A DNA stretch of 64,000 nucleotides from Octopus vulgaris (Eukaryota), in assembly GCA_951406725.2 (NCBI GenBank), contig OX597837.1:43152001-43216000 (forward strand). Direction: 5' to 3'. This document shows positions 13,789 to 28,254 of this stretch, one piece after another (the first letter of the stretch is position 1; every line of letters starts with the position of its first letter). The notes under the pieces are model-generated. The model did not search any database. It saw only the letters and a program-made list of their open reading frames with translations, and was not told the origin of the DNA. The position numbers and the translations under genes were made by a program.

Positions 13789-13850
<62 letters not shown>

Positions 13851-14089
13851 CATTATGTATATATTAACTATTGCGGTAAAATCGGACGTTCATAAAAGCT
13901 CACTTTCATTTATATTTATCACGTTTAATGTGTTAAAAGTGTATAAACTTCTAAGTTTGTTAATTTTATAATTTTTAATAATTTTTTTTATAATTTTATT
14001 TTCATTCATCTCAAACCCCGCTCGTCTGACAACGATGACAGTTTATTTTTCTTGTCAATTTGGTTGCAATCATTTTCTGTAACTCTTTC

Positions 14090-14379
14090 CCCACGATGAA
14101 GCCGTAGCTTAGCTGAACTTAAAGAACGCAATCAGCTAGGAGCGCAGGAGACGGCTTCTCAAATGCTTCAAGACGTGTTTCGAAACACTAAGCATAAATT
14201 TGAAATATGCAGGATTAGAGGTGGAGCACCTGTTGAAAATTTACAATAAAGTTTTTACGTAAGATTTATAAATCTATTTGTTTTGGGATCAAAAGTAAGT
14301 AATAACCATAAAATTCTGTCAGGATTTTAAATATTTGCTGAATTTCATTGAAATAGATAGTTAATTCTGGGACACTCTG
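14090..14379 (+). pseudogene. Tc1/mariner-superfamily transposase C-terminal remnant with probable right TIR
   Basis: 14109-14249 translates LAELKERNQLGAQETASQMLQDVFRNTKHKFEICRIRGGAPVENLQ*, matching the typical L.ELK..I..ML..V..C...GG.H.E terminus; ends GGGACACTCTG, like a Tc1 end. Confidence 0.6.
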
Positions 14380-14406
14380 CATGCACACACACACACACAC
14401 ACACAC

Positions 14407-14489
<83 letters not shown>

Positions 14490-14531
14490 GTATATGTATA
14501 TATATGTATATGTATGTATATACTATATGTA

Positions 14532-14601
<70 letters not shown>

Positions 14602-15512
14602 TACATATATATATATACATATATATATATATATTATGTATAACATACACACACATATACCACACACGTGTATATGTAGTCACAGAATCGCTTTGTCTCT
14701 TTTGGGTATTTCATTTCGCATCCCTCCAGTCTAATCAGCCGCAAACGTTTACCAGCTGTTAGACTGCTCTTTCGCTGCTGATGTCATATTGTTGATCTTC
14801 CACTTGATCAAGGATCGGAGCACCGTTTGAGTGTATAAGTGACTATACATGCCTCTACAGCGATTATTGAAAGCGTGGTACAACCGATTACGTGATTTTC
14901 TCTTGCGGGCGACGGCCAAGCCTAGTCACTTCAGATAGCTTAAACACAGAAAATAGAGAAACTGGATGCGCAAAAAAAGATAAAGCAACATATTCGTTCT
15001 GGACAAGCTAAACGCAAGAAATAACAGACGGCTGGATACACAAATATTCCGAAGAAGTTAGTTAAATAGAGATAATCATCAGATATTAATTTGATGCAGT
15101 CTGTTTTAAATAAAGTCTACCGATATTGATTGGATAGAAACGGTTGGTTGGCGGATGTTAATTGGATAGACGCAGTTTCTAGTTCACTAGATAAATATAA
15201 CTGGTACGCAGGTTGGGGCTGGCTGAACAGACTCTGTGTATGGGTTTGGTTCGATACAAAGCTTACGAATAGCTGTGAATAGTCATATCATCAAGATATT
15301 AATTAGCAGACGTATTCAATATTCGGAAAGTATATCATTGTTTATGGTTAGGCTTAACGAAATGTCGGCTAAGTTTTACTTCGCTGTTCACTACAGGGCC
15401 AACGATTGTGTCTAGCGAAATTCACTCGATGGCGCGTATTCAGATCAGACGTTCTGTTCTGTGTTCGGGCAAGATTTTGACAGGAATAAATTAACGAGCA
15501 TTTATTCATTTA

Positions 15513-15877
15513 CTAGCAGTATCGCCCGGCGTTGCTCGGGTTTGTAAGGGAAATAACTATAAAGAATTTTTAGAGAGTTATAGCCAAAAAATGGGAAAAA
15601 AATAATGGTAAATTTTTTTTTAGTTAAAAAGGTCGAGTTGCGTCCCCTAGACAGTCTGTAGTTTGTGTTTCTGATTCTCGACCCCATGTCGAATTTATCG
15701 ATTTTTTTCAGAACTGGGGGAACTTTTCAAAATTTTCGCTGCGTTAGTTTTGAATTATGACATTGGGCTATGTGTGTGTCAAGTTTCATCAGAATCGGTT
15801 GAAAGCCGTGGTCAGGGTGAGGGTACAACCTAACACAGAAACACACACAGACAAACTGCCGTTTATATATAGAGAGA
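15513..15877 (-). mobile_element. non-autonomous Helitron
   Basis: Minus strand: TCTCTCTATATATAAA..TGTCTGTGTG..AACCGATTCTGATGAAACTTG..CCCGAGCAACGCCGGG hairpin..CTAG; A/T insertion site. Confidence 0.85.
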
Positions 15878-16744
15878 TACATGCATATAGGGAATGCATG
15901 CATATAGGGAAGTGGAGGCGCAATATATTAGTTGATAGGTTGGGCTCATGCATAAATATTTGTCTTCTTGATTCATAGTATAGATGCACGATTCATAGGT
16001 ATTATTTCCACGGTGCTTATTTTAACTATATCAATTCTAAATTATTGAATGTATATTTAACTTTATGAATTATTCTTAGGTATTATCTACACAGTATTTA
16101 TTTTAATCATATTTATTTGAATTTATTGAATGTATATTTAACTTTATGAATAAAACAGAGTCCCTTTCCAAGACGTACATGCTACAATTCAGAGGGAATA
16201 AACTGTCCATTCTTTTGGATGTGAAAAATATCAGTCAATCTTGCCCTGAGGAGGCTTTTTACTTTTTCCAACCTCATAATGCACTTTAAAAGGTTAAATA
16301 TGAAAGACAGCAATCGGGGCAAATGCAGCGTGGCAAAATGAATGAACTTATTAATTTGACTGGACTATGAGGATAAACTGATAATTCCGTGTATGTATTC
16401 GCCGTTTTCTTTGAATTCTTAAACTTTTTCTCCTATATATATATGCATGTGTGTGTATAAGTGTGTGTAAAGGTGTACATATATATATATATATATATGT
16501 GTATGTACGTATTTATAAACTTGTAGGTCTATCTATTTATCTAGGTATCACCTTTTTATCTATAAATTATATATATACACGCACACATATATGTATATAG
16601 TTATATATAGATATACATACATAGATACATAATACATACATACATAAATACATAAATACATACATGCATGCATACATACATACATACATACATAAATACA
16701 TACATACATACATACATACATACATACATACATACATACATACA

Positions 16745-16775
<31 letters not shown>

Positions 16776-17293
16776 CTATCTACACATATGCGCGCACACA
16801 CACACACATATGAACAGCTATTCCAAACACTTGTCCGACTCCCGCTGACCTGTACTGCAGACAGTTTCGGAAATGGTCATAATAGCCTTTGGCTCTCGTA
16901 AGCACCACTAAATGAAAGAAGCCGAAAAGAAGCCCTGTTTACTGTAAGAGGCAAGACCATGTTTACATTTCTCAGTCTGAGACTGGGGAATATATGCACC
17001 TGCTTCAATATATCTTGTAAAACAAAGTTTCTTGATTTCATCATACAAGCAACAATACGCCCAGTGTATATATATATATATATATATATTAAAGAAATAG
17101 CTGGCTTCTCATTAATGGGAAGCAAGCTATCTCTTTAACTCATTTCATTCAGCGAGTTTTATCTCGCTGGAGAAAAGTATTTGGCTTGCCGCTCGTAGGC
17201 ACTTGCACATCTCATCAGGTTGGGGATTTTGTGTGCCTTTTCGAGTTATATATTTAGCTCTTATTTCTAGCAACTGTAGGTGCTATTTGCACC

Positions 17294-17366
<73 letters not shown>

Positions 17367-18307
17367 CAGTATATATATATATATATAAGCACAAAGTGAG
17401 ATAGGGGTTATGAATTATATGAATTATATGAATTGGTATTATCTGGAAGTTGATGATTGAAAGAAATCTATTCCTCCATATATACGTACATGTATACAGT
17501 ACATGTATGTCTTTATAGAAATATACATCTATTTATACACACAAACACATTCACACACACACACACAAACATATATTCAGTCATAAATTTATAGATAGAA
17601 ATTGATATAACGGCTAGGGGTAAAAAAAGCGCATAACCACAAGCGCATAGATATACATATAGACACATGCACTCACATCCAAGCACATCTACATACACAC
17701 ACACATATCTCCAACGCATATATTTGCTCCCCTATCATTTCTAGAATACATACATACACACACACACACAGACACTCACGCACACGCACAGAAACATACA
17801 TACACATACATATTTTACCAAACCCACTCCCAAAAAACAAGGTTTAATAAAAAGAAGAAAAAATAAGAAAATAACCAAATTGAAGAAAGCAAAAAACAAC
17901 ACAATGAAAACCAATTGTATTTATTGATTAACGATCTTATTAGATAGATCGATTCCGTGAAGCTTCATCCTTTATCGATTTCTACCTTATCATTCAGCTA
18001 CCTCGCAGTTTTCATTTTTCGTGTGTTTTTTTTCTTCATATATAATGGCGCTGATCATTAATTACAATTCCGTCTTCACGTGATTTATAGCGTTTGTCCT
18101 GGGCGGCCATTTTGTTCGACTTTACGTCTTCTGTTGTCTATCATGGCCACCATTTCCGATCGTGTGTCGATTTATCTGTCTATCTAGAAGTAAAGTTGAA
18201 GCTATTTTATAAGGTGTATGGATATCGAAATGTTTTTGTGCGAGTATGTCTAAGCGTGTGTATGCGTGTGTATGCATATGTGTGTGTGTATATATCTTTT
18301 ATATATA

Positions 18308-18347
<40 letters not shown>

Positions 18348-18445
18348 TATCTATATATATATATGTATATATATATATATGTATATATTTACGTATATAT
18401 ATAAGTGTATATATACATATATATACATATATATATATGTAAATG

Positions 18446-18477
<32 letters not shown>

Positions 18478-19047
18478 TATACATATATGCATGTATGCAC
18501 ATGTGTATGCATGTGTGTTATATATGTATATGTATGCGTATATGTGAGTGTATGTACGTAGATGTATGTATGCACATATTTGAGTGTATGTCATATGTGT
18601 GCATATAAATATATATGTGTGTGTATGTTTATATGTGTATATGTGCGCTTGTGTGTATGTGTGGATATATATTTGTGGGTGTGTATATGTGTGTATGCGT
18701 GCAAATGTGTGTGTTTTGCTTCTGTATGTGTGCTGTATGTATACGTATCATAACTAAAAATACATCAACCTCACAAAAACCTGAAAATAAATGTAAACCT
18801 AAACGATGAGGGAGTATATATTTATAAACACTCATATAGTTTAATACATGTGTACGTGTGTATTATATGAACTTGTATGTATGTATACATGTACGTATAC
18901 ATGTATGTATGCATGCATATATGTATATATATACATACAAATATACGTACATATATATATTAATATATATGTGTGTGTCTATGTTTGCGTATATATATGT
19001 ATGTATATGTATGTATATATATATATGTGTGTAAGTATGCATGTGTG

Positions 19048-19110
<63 letters not shown>

Positions 19111-19257
19111 CAATATATGTATGTGTGTCTGTATGTGTGCGTATATATATAAATATATATACGTATACATATATCTATCTATAAATATGAATATATATGT
19201 ATATAACTTCGTACACCAACATATTTTTGTGTGTTTGCGGGTATATATATATATTTA

Positions 19258-19311
<54 letters not shown>

Positions 19312-19324
19312 TATATATATATAC

Positions 19325-19356
<32 letters not shown>

Positions 19357-19664
19357 GAAGAGGGCGAGGAAGAAAGAGGGATATAGATGTATAGATATAG
19401 ATATATTCATGTATATATATATATTTTACTACCAATCTCCCTCTATCTACCTATGTATGTATGTATGTATGTATGTATGTATGTATGTATGTATGTATCT
19501 ATCTATCTATCTATCAATCTATCTTTCTATCATACGGATATACATGAAAATTTATAGATATGTATATACATAAAAATACATGTAATTATGCTTGGATACA
19601 TGTATGTGTATATATTTTCTATATGTACGTTAGCATCTATTATATTATACACACACTCACCCAC

Positions 19665-19709
<45 letters not shown>

Positions 19710-20236
19710 CACACACACATGAACACACATATACACACGTTCACGTTCATTTGTCCTACGGTATAATTCCTCAGGTTATAACCCCACATTATTCGGTAAG
19801 TTACGCGACTGCCAACGTATCGATCGCGTTTGACCTTTTCGTGTCTCTTCAGATTTTCAGGGAGCCCTCAGCGTGTCTTGTTGTAAAGTTGTAAATAGCA
19901 GCACAGAATTCCTCAAGAATAAACTATAATGGAGAACCACAGGCGTGAAGTTGAAAAGAAAATTCTGTACATGATAAATTATGAACACTATTATACGAAA
20001 TAAATCAGTACGTGAAAAGATATTTATGTGTTTTTAGTGTATTGTATGATGAAAGCATATCTGGAACTGATGTCGAATATTATTGGTGAAATGTAGCCAT
20101 TATATATTTTACACGTATGTGCTTCCATATACTAATATATTTGGTTATTCGGTTATTTGGTTATTTATGTTGCCAAGTAAGCTATATAATTTGTATATTC
20201 GTATCTCTTCTTCAGATTTACTCACACTTTAATATG

Positions 20237-20573
20237 TATTTCTTTACTACCCACAAGGGGCTAAACATAGAGGGGACAAACAAAGACAAACAAAGGGATT
20301 AGGTCGATTACATCGACCCCAGTGCGTAACTGGTACTTATTTAATCGACCCCGAAAGGATGAAAGGCAAAGTAGACCTCGGCGGAATTTGAACTCACAAC
20401 GTAGCGGCAGACAAAATACCTATTTCTTTATTACCCACAAGGGGCTAAACATAGAGGGGACAAACAAGGACAGACAAAGGGATTAGGTCGATTACATCGA
20501 CCCTAGTGCGGCAGACAAAATACCCGTAAGCATTTCGCCCGACGTGCTAACGATTCTGCCAGCTCGCCGCCTT
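20237..20573 (-). mobile_element. SINE family C, tandem dimer
   Basis: Two TATTTCTTTA.TACCCACAAGGGGCTAAAC tails; head reverse complement GGCGGCGAGCTGGCAGAATCGTTAGCACG. Confidence 0.9.
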
Positions 20574-20596
20574 CTCACACATTAATATAAGTGTGT

Positions 20597-20932
20597 GTGA
20601 AGGTGCGTGAGTTAATGGTTAGATTATTCGGCTCATGATCGTAAGGTCAGGAGTTCGATTCCCGGCGTCGTGTTGTGTCCTTGAGCAAGACACTTTATTT
20701 GAACAATGCACTTTATTTGAGCAAGACAATTTATTTCACATCACTCCAGTAGATTCAGCTGGTTAAAATGAGTTGTACCTGTAATTCGATACGGCCAGCC
20801 ATGTCATATTCTACGTCATGTTGACTCTTCCTAAGAGTTGGGTTGCTGGTAACGTGTGTCTGTGGAGTACTCAGCCACTTGCACGTTAATTTCACGAGCA
20901 GGCTGTTTCCTTGACGCATCAACTGAAATCCT
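20597..20932 (+). mobile_element. SINE B-type: tRNA head + middle M1 (CORE-like) + tail T1
   Basis: GAGTTCGATTCCC B-box; GTGTCCTTGAGCAAGACACTTTATTT; tail CACTTGCACGTTAATTTCACGAGCAGGCTGTT. Confidence 0.8.
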
Positions 20933-21202
20933 TAAAAAATATACATAATATATATTTCTTTTTATATATTTATATATCTTTTTCTTATTCTTTGCCTTCC
21001 TTTCTCCCGACCTCCTCCTCCTTCTCCTCCTCCTCCTTCTCCTCCTCCTCCTCTTCTTCTCTTCTTCTTCTTCTTCCTCTCATCTTCTTCCTCCTCAGTC
21101 GCAAAGACTGAAACCAGTACTAAAATGTTCTTCATGATAAAATCATTTTAGTATTTTCTACCTTGTCCTATTTTCCTTACATACATACATACATGTATAT
21201 AC

Positions 21203-21271
<69 letters not shown>

Positions 21272-21272
<1 letters not shown>

Positions 21273-21513
21273 ATATGTTACATTACTCAATAGTCAAGAT
21301 AAAATTCTGAGTTTCAGATGCCGAAGTGGAAATCCACAACACCATCTCTTCGGTTATCTGCCGAAGAGATGGTGTTGTGGATTTCCACTTCGGCATCTGA
21401 AACTCAGAGTTTTATCTTGACTATTGAGTAATGTAACATATTTTATAGATAAATTTCCCCTATTTACATAATATTGAGGTCTCTTTCTTTCTTTTGTTAT
21501 CTTACCGTTTTTA

Positions 21514-21517
<4 letters not shown>
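21272..21517. mobile_element. PLE-derived element (family D) as an 82-bp-arm palindrome with hammerhead-like motif
   Basis: Arms 21272-21353 and 21361-21442 are near-perfect reverse complements (7-nt loop); flanked by (TA)n on both sides. Confidence 0.8.
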
Positions 21518-21560
<43 letters not shown>

Positions 21561-21587
21561 AGACACACATATATATATATAGGTATA

Positions 21588-22013
21588 AGCAAAGTCGAAC
21601 ACACACAAGGTGTTTGTGTTGTTGATTCGTGAGTCGGCTGCGTTTTAGGCGTAAGAGAATATACTCTCAATGAGACCGGTCTTAAAAACATCTGAACGCA
21701 AGTCATGGGTAAGTAAAACAACTCACGACAGACACCGACGTTTCATCATTGTTGTGACCTTTCAGTCCTGCGTACCGAAGATAGCTTGCTGCATATATAG
21801 CCCCGACTATGACTATATGCAAAATGGTCTAAAAACCATTCGCTGCCATGTCCCAACGTTTCATGCAACGCAAAAAACTGAAATATGAATTAGATATAGA
21901 TCTAATTCATATAAACACCAGGTGCATTAAGAATACATTTTCTTATACCTAAAGCGCAGCCGACTCACGAGCTAACAACATACATAGTTTGTGTATGGGT
22001 GTTCGATTTTGTT
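21588..22013. mobile_element. MITE with ~100 bp imperfect TIRs
   Basis: CAAAGTCGAACAC..TCGTGAGTCGGCTGCGTTTTAGG mirrored by CCTAAAGCGCAGCCGACTCACGA..GTGTTCGATTTTG. Confidence 0.75.
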
Positions 22014-22092
22014 ATATATCACGAGGTACTACTAATTCATATTTGACAATATATATATTGGCTAAACTGGCAAAATGACCATTCCGAAATAT

Positions 22093-22219
<127 letters not shown>

Positions 22220-22346
22220 CACTCATACACAGATTTCTAGATACACATACACATTATATATTAATATATAGATAAATGTATAAACACGTATGTCTAAATC
22301 TCTATGTATATATGTATGTACATACACATACATATATATATATATA

Positions 22347-22520
22347 TATTTAAAAGCATAAGAAAACAGAGATAGTTAAATGAATAATTATTTATTAATT
22401 ACAAAATATCTCTGACAGCTGTTTCGAATCGAAGCACCTGTCAGAGATGATGTCCAATTCTGTAATAAATAAATAATTATTAATTTAATTATCTTTATTT
22501 ACTTATTTCTTTTAAAATAT
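22347..22520. mobile_element. inverted PLE-like terminal fragment containing a hammerhead 3' half
   Basis: ATCTCTGACAGCTGTTTCGA-A-TCGAAGCACCTGTCAGAGAT at the centre; minus-strand arm reads CGAAA-CAGCTG-TC-AGAGAT; AT-rich arms extend outward. Confidence 0.6.
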
Positions 22521-22662
22521 ATATAAACCCCGATTTATCCAAGTACCTTACAGTTGAATATTAAATGCAATAATCAATACCTTTTGTAATAGGTAATAGA
22601 CTAGTTTATTCATTGGATTTTATTATCCCTGAATGAGGTATTTAACCTTTAATTAAACACAC

Positions 22663-22707
<45 letters not shown>

Positions 22708-22863
22708 CACATATATATAAGAAATAAAAGAAGGAAATTGCACACACTTTGCACATAGTTTTAATTAACTTTTCTGATATATTCTGTATGTGCTTGTCGA
22801 CCGGTTTCTCTTTCGCTAATCATGACATTAAAATTATTGTAATTTCGTATTTAAATAACGGAC

Positions 22864-23004
22864 AGAGTCAAGACTATTGAAAAGGTTGCAAGACGCAACG
22901 AAAATTTTAGGAAAATAAGAAGACGAAATAAGTGAAAATTTTACCGGTGAGTGTGTTAAATAATAAGGTACTAAAAGAGAATGACTTTCCCCAGACACAA
23001 CAGT
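22864..23004 (-). mobile_element. dispersed repeat family E (probable PLE terminus)
   Basis: Reverse complement CTGTTGTGTCTGGGGAAAGTCATTCTCTTTTAGT..TTGCGTCTTGCAACCTTTTCAATAGTC; other copies near 32498-32983 (split), 36198-36240 and 60758-60862. Confidence 0.65.
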
Positions 23005-23015
23005 ATATGTATATA

Positions 23016-23061
<46 letters not shown>

Positions 23062-23609
23062 ACAAGAAATTTTTGTCAGTCGACGTAATGTTATTGGTAA
23101 GTACTATAAGTGCTCAGTTTTAGTCTGCCACTAAAACTCCGAGTTGCACTGCTACTGAAAGATCTGATATTTAAATTGCCTATCAAAGACGGTTCATCAG
23201 TGAGTGAGTGGGTGGATAAATATTATATCAGAGAATGAAGAAGTGAAACACTTGACATCACTCAAGACTATTTAATTTATAATTTATAAGATAAACATAG
23301 CACAGAATAGTTACGATATATACGTAAAGTCTCATACAACTATTTGTAGACCAGCTAAGCATAGGGATTATATGTTATTGAGCAAAGAATTCCACAAAGG
23401 GATCTCCAGGGTGAAAGATGGGCGTATTTGGTATTTCCGTGATCGAGCATTGAAATACCAAACACATTATTTACCCCGGGGGCTCATTCTTGAATTATGT
23501 CAGACGTTATCCTTAATTTTTATCTGTTATTATGTACACACATACACCGACACCGACACACACACACATATACATGTATATATATTTGCATATATATGTG
23601 TGTATGTAA

Positions 23610-23990
23610 TGGAGGCGCAATGGCCCAGTGGTTAGTGCAGCGGACTCGCGGTCATAGGATCGCGATTTCGATTCCCAGACGGAGCACTTTGAGTGCTTAT
23701 TGAGCAAAAACACTTAAAGCTCCACGAGGCTCCAGCAGTGTGTGGTGGCGAACCCTGCTGTACTTTTTCACCACAACTTTCTCTCACTCTTTCTTCCTGT
23801 TTTTTCTTTGTACCTGTATTTCAAAGGGGCCAGTCTCGTCACACTCTGTGTCACGCTGAATCTCCCCAAGAACTACATTAAGGGCACATGTGTCTGTGGA
23901 GTGTTCAGCCCCTTGCACGTTAATTTCACGAGCAGGCTGTTCCGTTGATCGGATCAACTGGAACCCTTGTCGTCGTAACCAACGGAGTGC
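23610..23990 (+). mobile_element. SINE B-type full copy: tRNA head + middle M2 + tail T1
   Basis: GGAGGCGCAATGGCCCAGTGGTTAG..TTCGATTCCC; AAGCTCCACGAGGCTCC..ACAACTTTCTCTCACTCTTT; tail AGCAGGCTGTTCCGTTGATCGGATCAACTGGAACCC..CGGAGTGCC. Confidence 0.9.
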
Positions 23991-24081
23991 CGTAGATGTG
24001 TATGTATGTATGCATATGTGTATGTGTGTATATGTTTGTAAATATGTGTGTGTATGTATGTACGTAAGCCAGCATGTATGC

Positions 24082-24124
<43 letters not shown>

Positions 24125-24676
24125 CATACATATATATATATATAAATATAGTAGTATATAAATGTAGTCTATATAGTTATAGATAAGTATATATATATAT
24201 ATACATATATATATATGCTCACACAACCACACGCTTCTCAAACACGCGCACGCACACACAGAGATACACACACACACACTCATGTATACTGAATATAGAG
24301 AAACGGCAAAACAACAAGAAAAGGAGGGCAAACACTGTTGACAATACTCATCGCACTTTTGCCGCCCCCCCCCTTCCAAGTGAAATGAGAATTGTTACAT
24401 TTCCAGCTCCGGAAACCCTACAGATATTTAATGTCGTATCCGACATCTTGTATGACGAAAACGAACTAAGCAGGTGCTAATCTGCCCGTTTATTGGTTGT
24501 GGTGCTTCGACAATCTGTTTGAAATAGAGGATGCGACAACATTACCGTAATTATAAAACATCAAGTTCGGTTATTATGCTGTTACGAGTCAGTTTATTAA
24601 CAGCTTTAGCAAACAGACGCCTCCAAGAATTGTTTCGAACATTACCGCTGACGAAAAATAATAGAAACAAACAAAT

Positions 24677-24842
24677 AGGCGCAGGCGTGTCTGTATGTTA
24701 AGAAGCTTGCTTCACCACCACATGGTTCTGGGTTCAATTCCACTGCGTGGCACCTTGGGCAGGTGTCTTCTACTATAGCCTCGGACCAACCAATGCCTTG
24801 TGAGCGGATGTAGTAGACGTAAACTGAAAGAAGCCTGTCGTA
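24677..24842 (+). mobile_element. SINE family A, 5' half
   Basis: AGGCGCAGGCGTG..CCACTGCGTGGCACCTTGGGC..AAACTGAAAGAAGCCTGTCG. Confidence 0.9.
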
Positions 24843-24847
24843 TATAT

Positions 24848-25683
24848 ATAATCGAGCACCACGCATCCTCTTCCAAGTAAGTTTTATCTTAATAATTATG
24901 ATGTGCACTCTTCTCCTTTACTATCTCTTCTCTGTCTATCTCTCTCCTTCTCTTGCTCTTTATCCTTCCTGGTTTTCTCTCCCACCCTTCCTTATTCTTC
25001 TCCTCTCCCATTCACCGTTCCCTCACTCTTTCTCCCCCTCCTCCTCCTCCCTTCCTCTGCTCTCTCGTCACTGACACGTGATCAGAGGGAAGCCATCTTT
25101 CCAACTGCTATTTTCACCAGACCAGACCACCTTATCCTGTCCCTTTCATAAGCTGTCTCCTTAAGCGTTCACAATAATTTCCCCATCGTCTTGCCTTAAC
25201 AACCCTCATCGTTTGTTTATACCGTGTTGTTCTCATTGTTCTGTATTTTACTGTTTTTACTTTTTTATTGTTTTTACTGTTTTCTTCACACTGTCCTGTT
25301 CTTGTTACCACTTTCACCCTCCGCAAAAAATCCCAAATTTTATTTAATTTGCTTTGCAGGAAGGACTGTTTCAACGAGGTCGTGTCTTGTCCTTACCGTC
25401 AAAACGCGGGGTAGTTGAAACAGGGACAACTGAAGAAGGGGAATAATCCTTGTGTCTTGTACTCTGTTTTTTCGTTGTTTGAAAAAAAGTTCGTTTCTAT
25501 GTTTTTGTTTTTGTTTTCGTTTCTCATTGTGTTCCACGTTTTTTACGTCCTGTACCCATATTTGCATGTATATATACATAAAGATGTAGGTATGTACATA
25601 TATGTATGTATATATGCATATATTCATATATTATTTATACTATTATATAATCGAACGCCACACATCCTTTTCCAAGTAAGTTA

Positions 25684-25688
<5 letters not shown>
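24848..25688 (+). mobile_element. pyrimidine-rich element bounded by ~43-bp direct repeats, possibly PLE-derived
   Basis: ATAATCGAGCACCACGCATCCTCTTCCAAGTAAGTT (24848) recurs as ATAATCGAACGCCACACATCCTTTTCCAAGTAAGTT (~25647); internal CTGAAGA-AGGGGAATAATCCTT. Confidence 0.45.
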
Positions 25689-25754
<66 letters not shown>

Positions 25755-27194
25755 ATACATGTGTGTGTGTGTATTTGCGTTTGTGTGCGTTTGTATATAT
25801 ATATATATATATAATATATATAAGTATATATATATATGTATATATATATGTATGTATGCATGTATTCGTATATTCATGATGAATTTATGTGTGTATTAAT
25901 GTGTGTCTATGTGTACATATTTGTAACGATCCTCCCATTTGGCTATCAGAATAAACCTGCTTTACTTGATAGCATAGACACACACATACGCACACACTAT
26001 CACATATGTACATATACATTCATGTATTACATCTCACTCTTATCTATCGTCTCTCTCCTTCCCTTCACCTCTGTCTTTCTCTCTCTCTCTTAATCTCTCT
26101 CTCTATCTATCTATCTATCGATACACACACGTATCACATTCATTGATACCTTCTGACAGTGTTACCTTTACCTAAAATTTTAACAGTAAACTGAACTTTA
26201 CGAATCATTGAGGAGATTTCAGTTTTCTTTTTAAATGTTTAGATTGAAGCACAACGCACTCTACTGCGCATGCGCACACCTTCCATGTATGTTTATTTAT
26301 GCGTATGTGTATGTGTGTGAGGGGGGAGTTACAAAGCAAGAGAAAAAGGAGAGAGTGGGGCTGTGAAGAAGCAAGAGTGTGTCTATGCATGTGCGTGTGC
26401 GTATATGTGTGTGAGTGTGTGTGTGTGTGTGTATGTGTGAAGAAATGATATTGTAGAAAATTGTCTTAGAAAAAAGTTTTTCTTTAATGTCAAAGATTCT
26501 CATTCGTTACATACGGCGACAAGAAAATAAAACAGAATAAAATAAAGCAAAAATATGATATAAAAAAAAGCATGCCTAAAGAAAATCAGTTGAAATATAA
26601 AGTATAAAAATACCAAGGAGAAAAAGACTAACAAAAAATACCCTCAAAACAAGTATAACACAAACAACTTAAACATACCGCAGAACAAAACATGTTTAAC
26701 AACATGAAAAGGAAATTTCACACACTTCAAAAGAATGGACTTCTTGTTTTAATGTCAAGTATTCAACGCGTTTGACATCTGATATAAAAATAAACAAAAA
26801 AATAAAATTTAAAAAAATATATATATATAAACGAGGACGTGTCAGGATCATTTAAAATATCGTTGTAAAAACTACGGTTCAATGAACCAGGGAATTGATC
26901 GCAAGTTTAACACACTTATTATGCATTGCTGTGATTAATTTCCACAATGAAGCATAAAGACTAGTTTTTTTTCCTTTTTGCTTTTGCGTTTTTTTTTTTG
27001 GTTTCTCGTTTTGAACAATTCTCCGACCTTTTGCTGACTTGGATGCTTTACCATTAAGACAGACGGACATTAAAACACCAGACTGCAATGATATTTTCTT
27101 TCTTCACGTCCATCACATGACTTCGCCTTTCATGTTTTGCGGAAACTTGTTATTTATCATATCTCATATCTCATATATATATATACCTAGGTAT

Positions 27195-27261
<67 letters not shown>

Positions 27262-27270
27262 TAGATATAT

Positions 27271-27337
<67 letters not shown>

Positions 27338-27424
27338 TATACATACACACACATACACACACCACCCACACACACGCAAAACACCCACCCACCCACACAT
27401 ATATATATGCATATACAAATACAT

Positions 27425-27478
<54 letters not shown>

Positions 27479-27529
27479 GGCGGTGCATCAGCATGGCCGC
27501 AGCTTTGAGCTGAAACTAGAAAAAAAGAA

Positions 27530-27561
<32 letters not shown>

Positions 27562-27594
27562 GTGTGTATATATATAAATAAGTATATATATATG

Positions 27595-27661
<67 letters not shown>

Positions 27662-27721
27662 TATATATATATGTATATATGTATATATATATGTATATAT
27701 ATATGTATATGTATATGTATG

Positions 27722-27776
<55 letters not shown>

Positions 27777-28254
27777 CGCGTTTCTTTCGTTGTTGTTGTT
27801 ATGCTTCCGGTTGTTTCCGAAATTTATAATAATGATTAGTAAGAGAATCTCAAGAATTCATATATATAATATCATACATACATACATACATACAATACAG
27901 CATTACAAAATGGATCATATAGTAAATTGACTTATAATAATATAGCTTTCGCATCGAGTTTTACGTCTCTTCATAATATCTGTCTGTCTGTCTGTCTGTA
28001 TGTATGTATGTATGTATGTGTGAATATATGTGTGTTCTTTGACATTTATTTAAGTTCAAGATAATGGAGTTCAAGCCGGTCGCTAACAAAGCGACACGAC
28101 TTGTTGAGTTAAAAGAATTCCGGTGTTTGTATATATATATATATGTATGTGTATCTATGTATATACCTACACCTATATATATGTGTGTGTGTTTGTGTAT
28201 GTATATATGTACATATATATATGGGTATATAGATATTTATATATTATTACGTTT

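Noticed and set aside
16241-16322. TTGCC-CTGAGGA..GAAA..TC-GGGGCAA hammerhead-like string
   Set aside because: Stems II and III do not pair and stem I is out of register; at most a relic.
16905-17064. Minus-strand frame WAYCCLYDEIKKLCF..QTEKCKH, faintly like a transposase zinc finger
   Set aside because: Ligand spacing is broken and there are no termini; too weak to call.
23611-23680. tRNA-like sequences here and at 6318, 20597, 41423, 50237 and ~62185
   Set aside because: No complete cloverleaf; most continue into SINE bodies, so they are SINE heads, not tRNA genes.
26265-26276. Perfect NRF1-type palindrome TGCGCATGCGCA
   Set aside because: Single motif in a region full of alternating purine-pyrimidine repeats; no promoter context.
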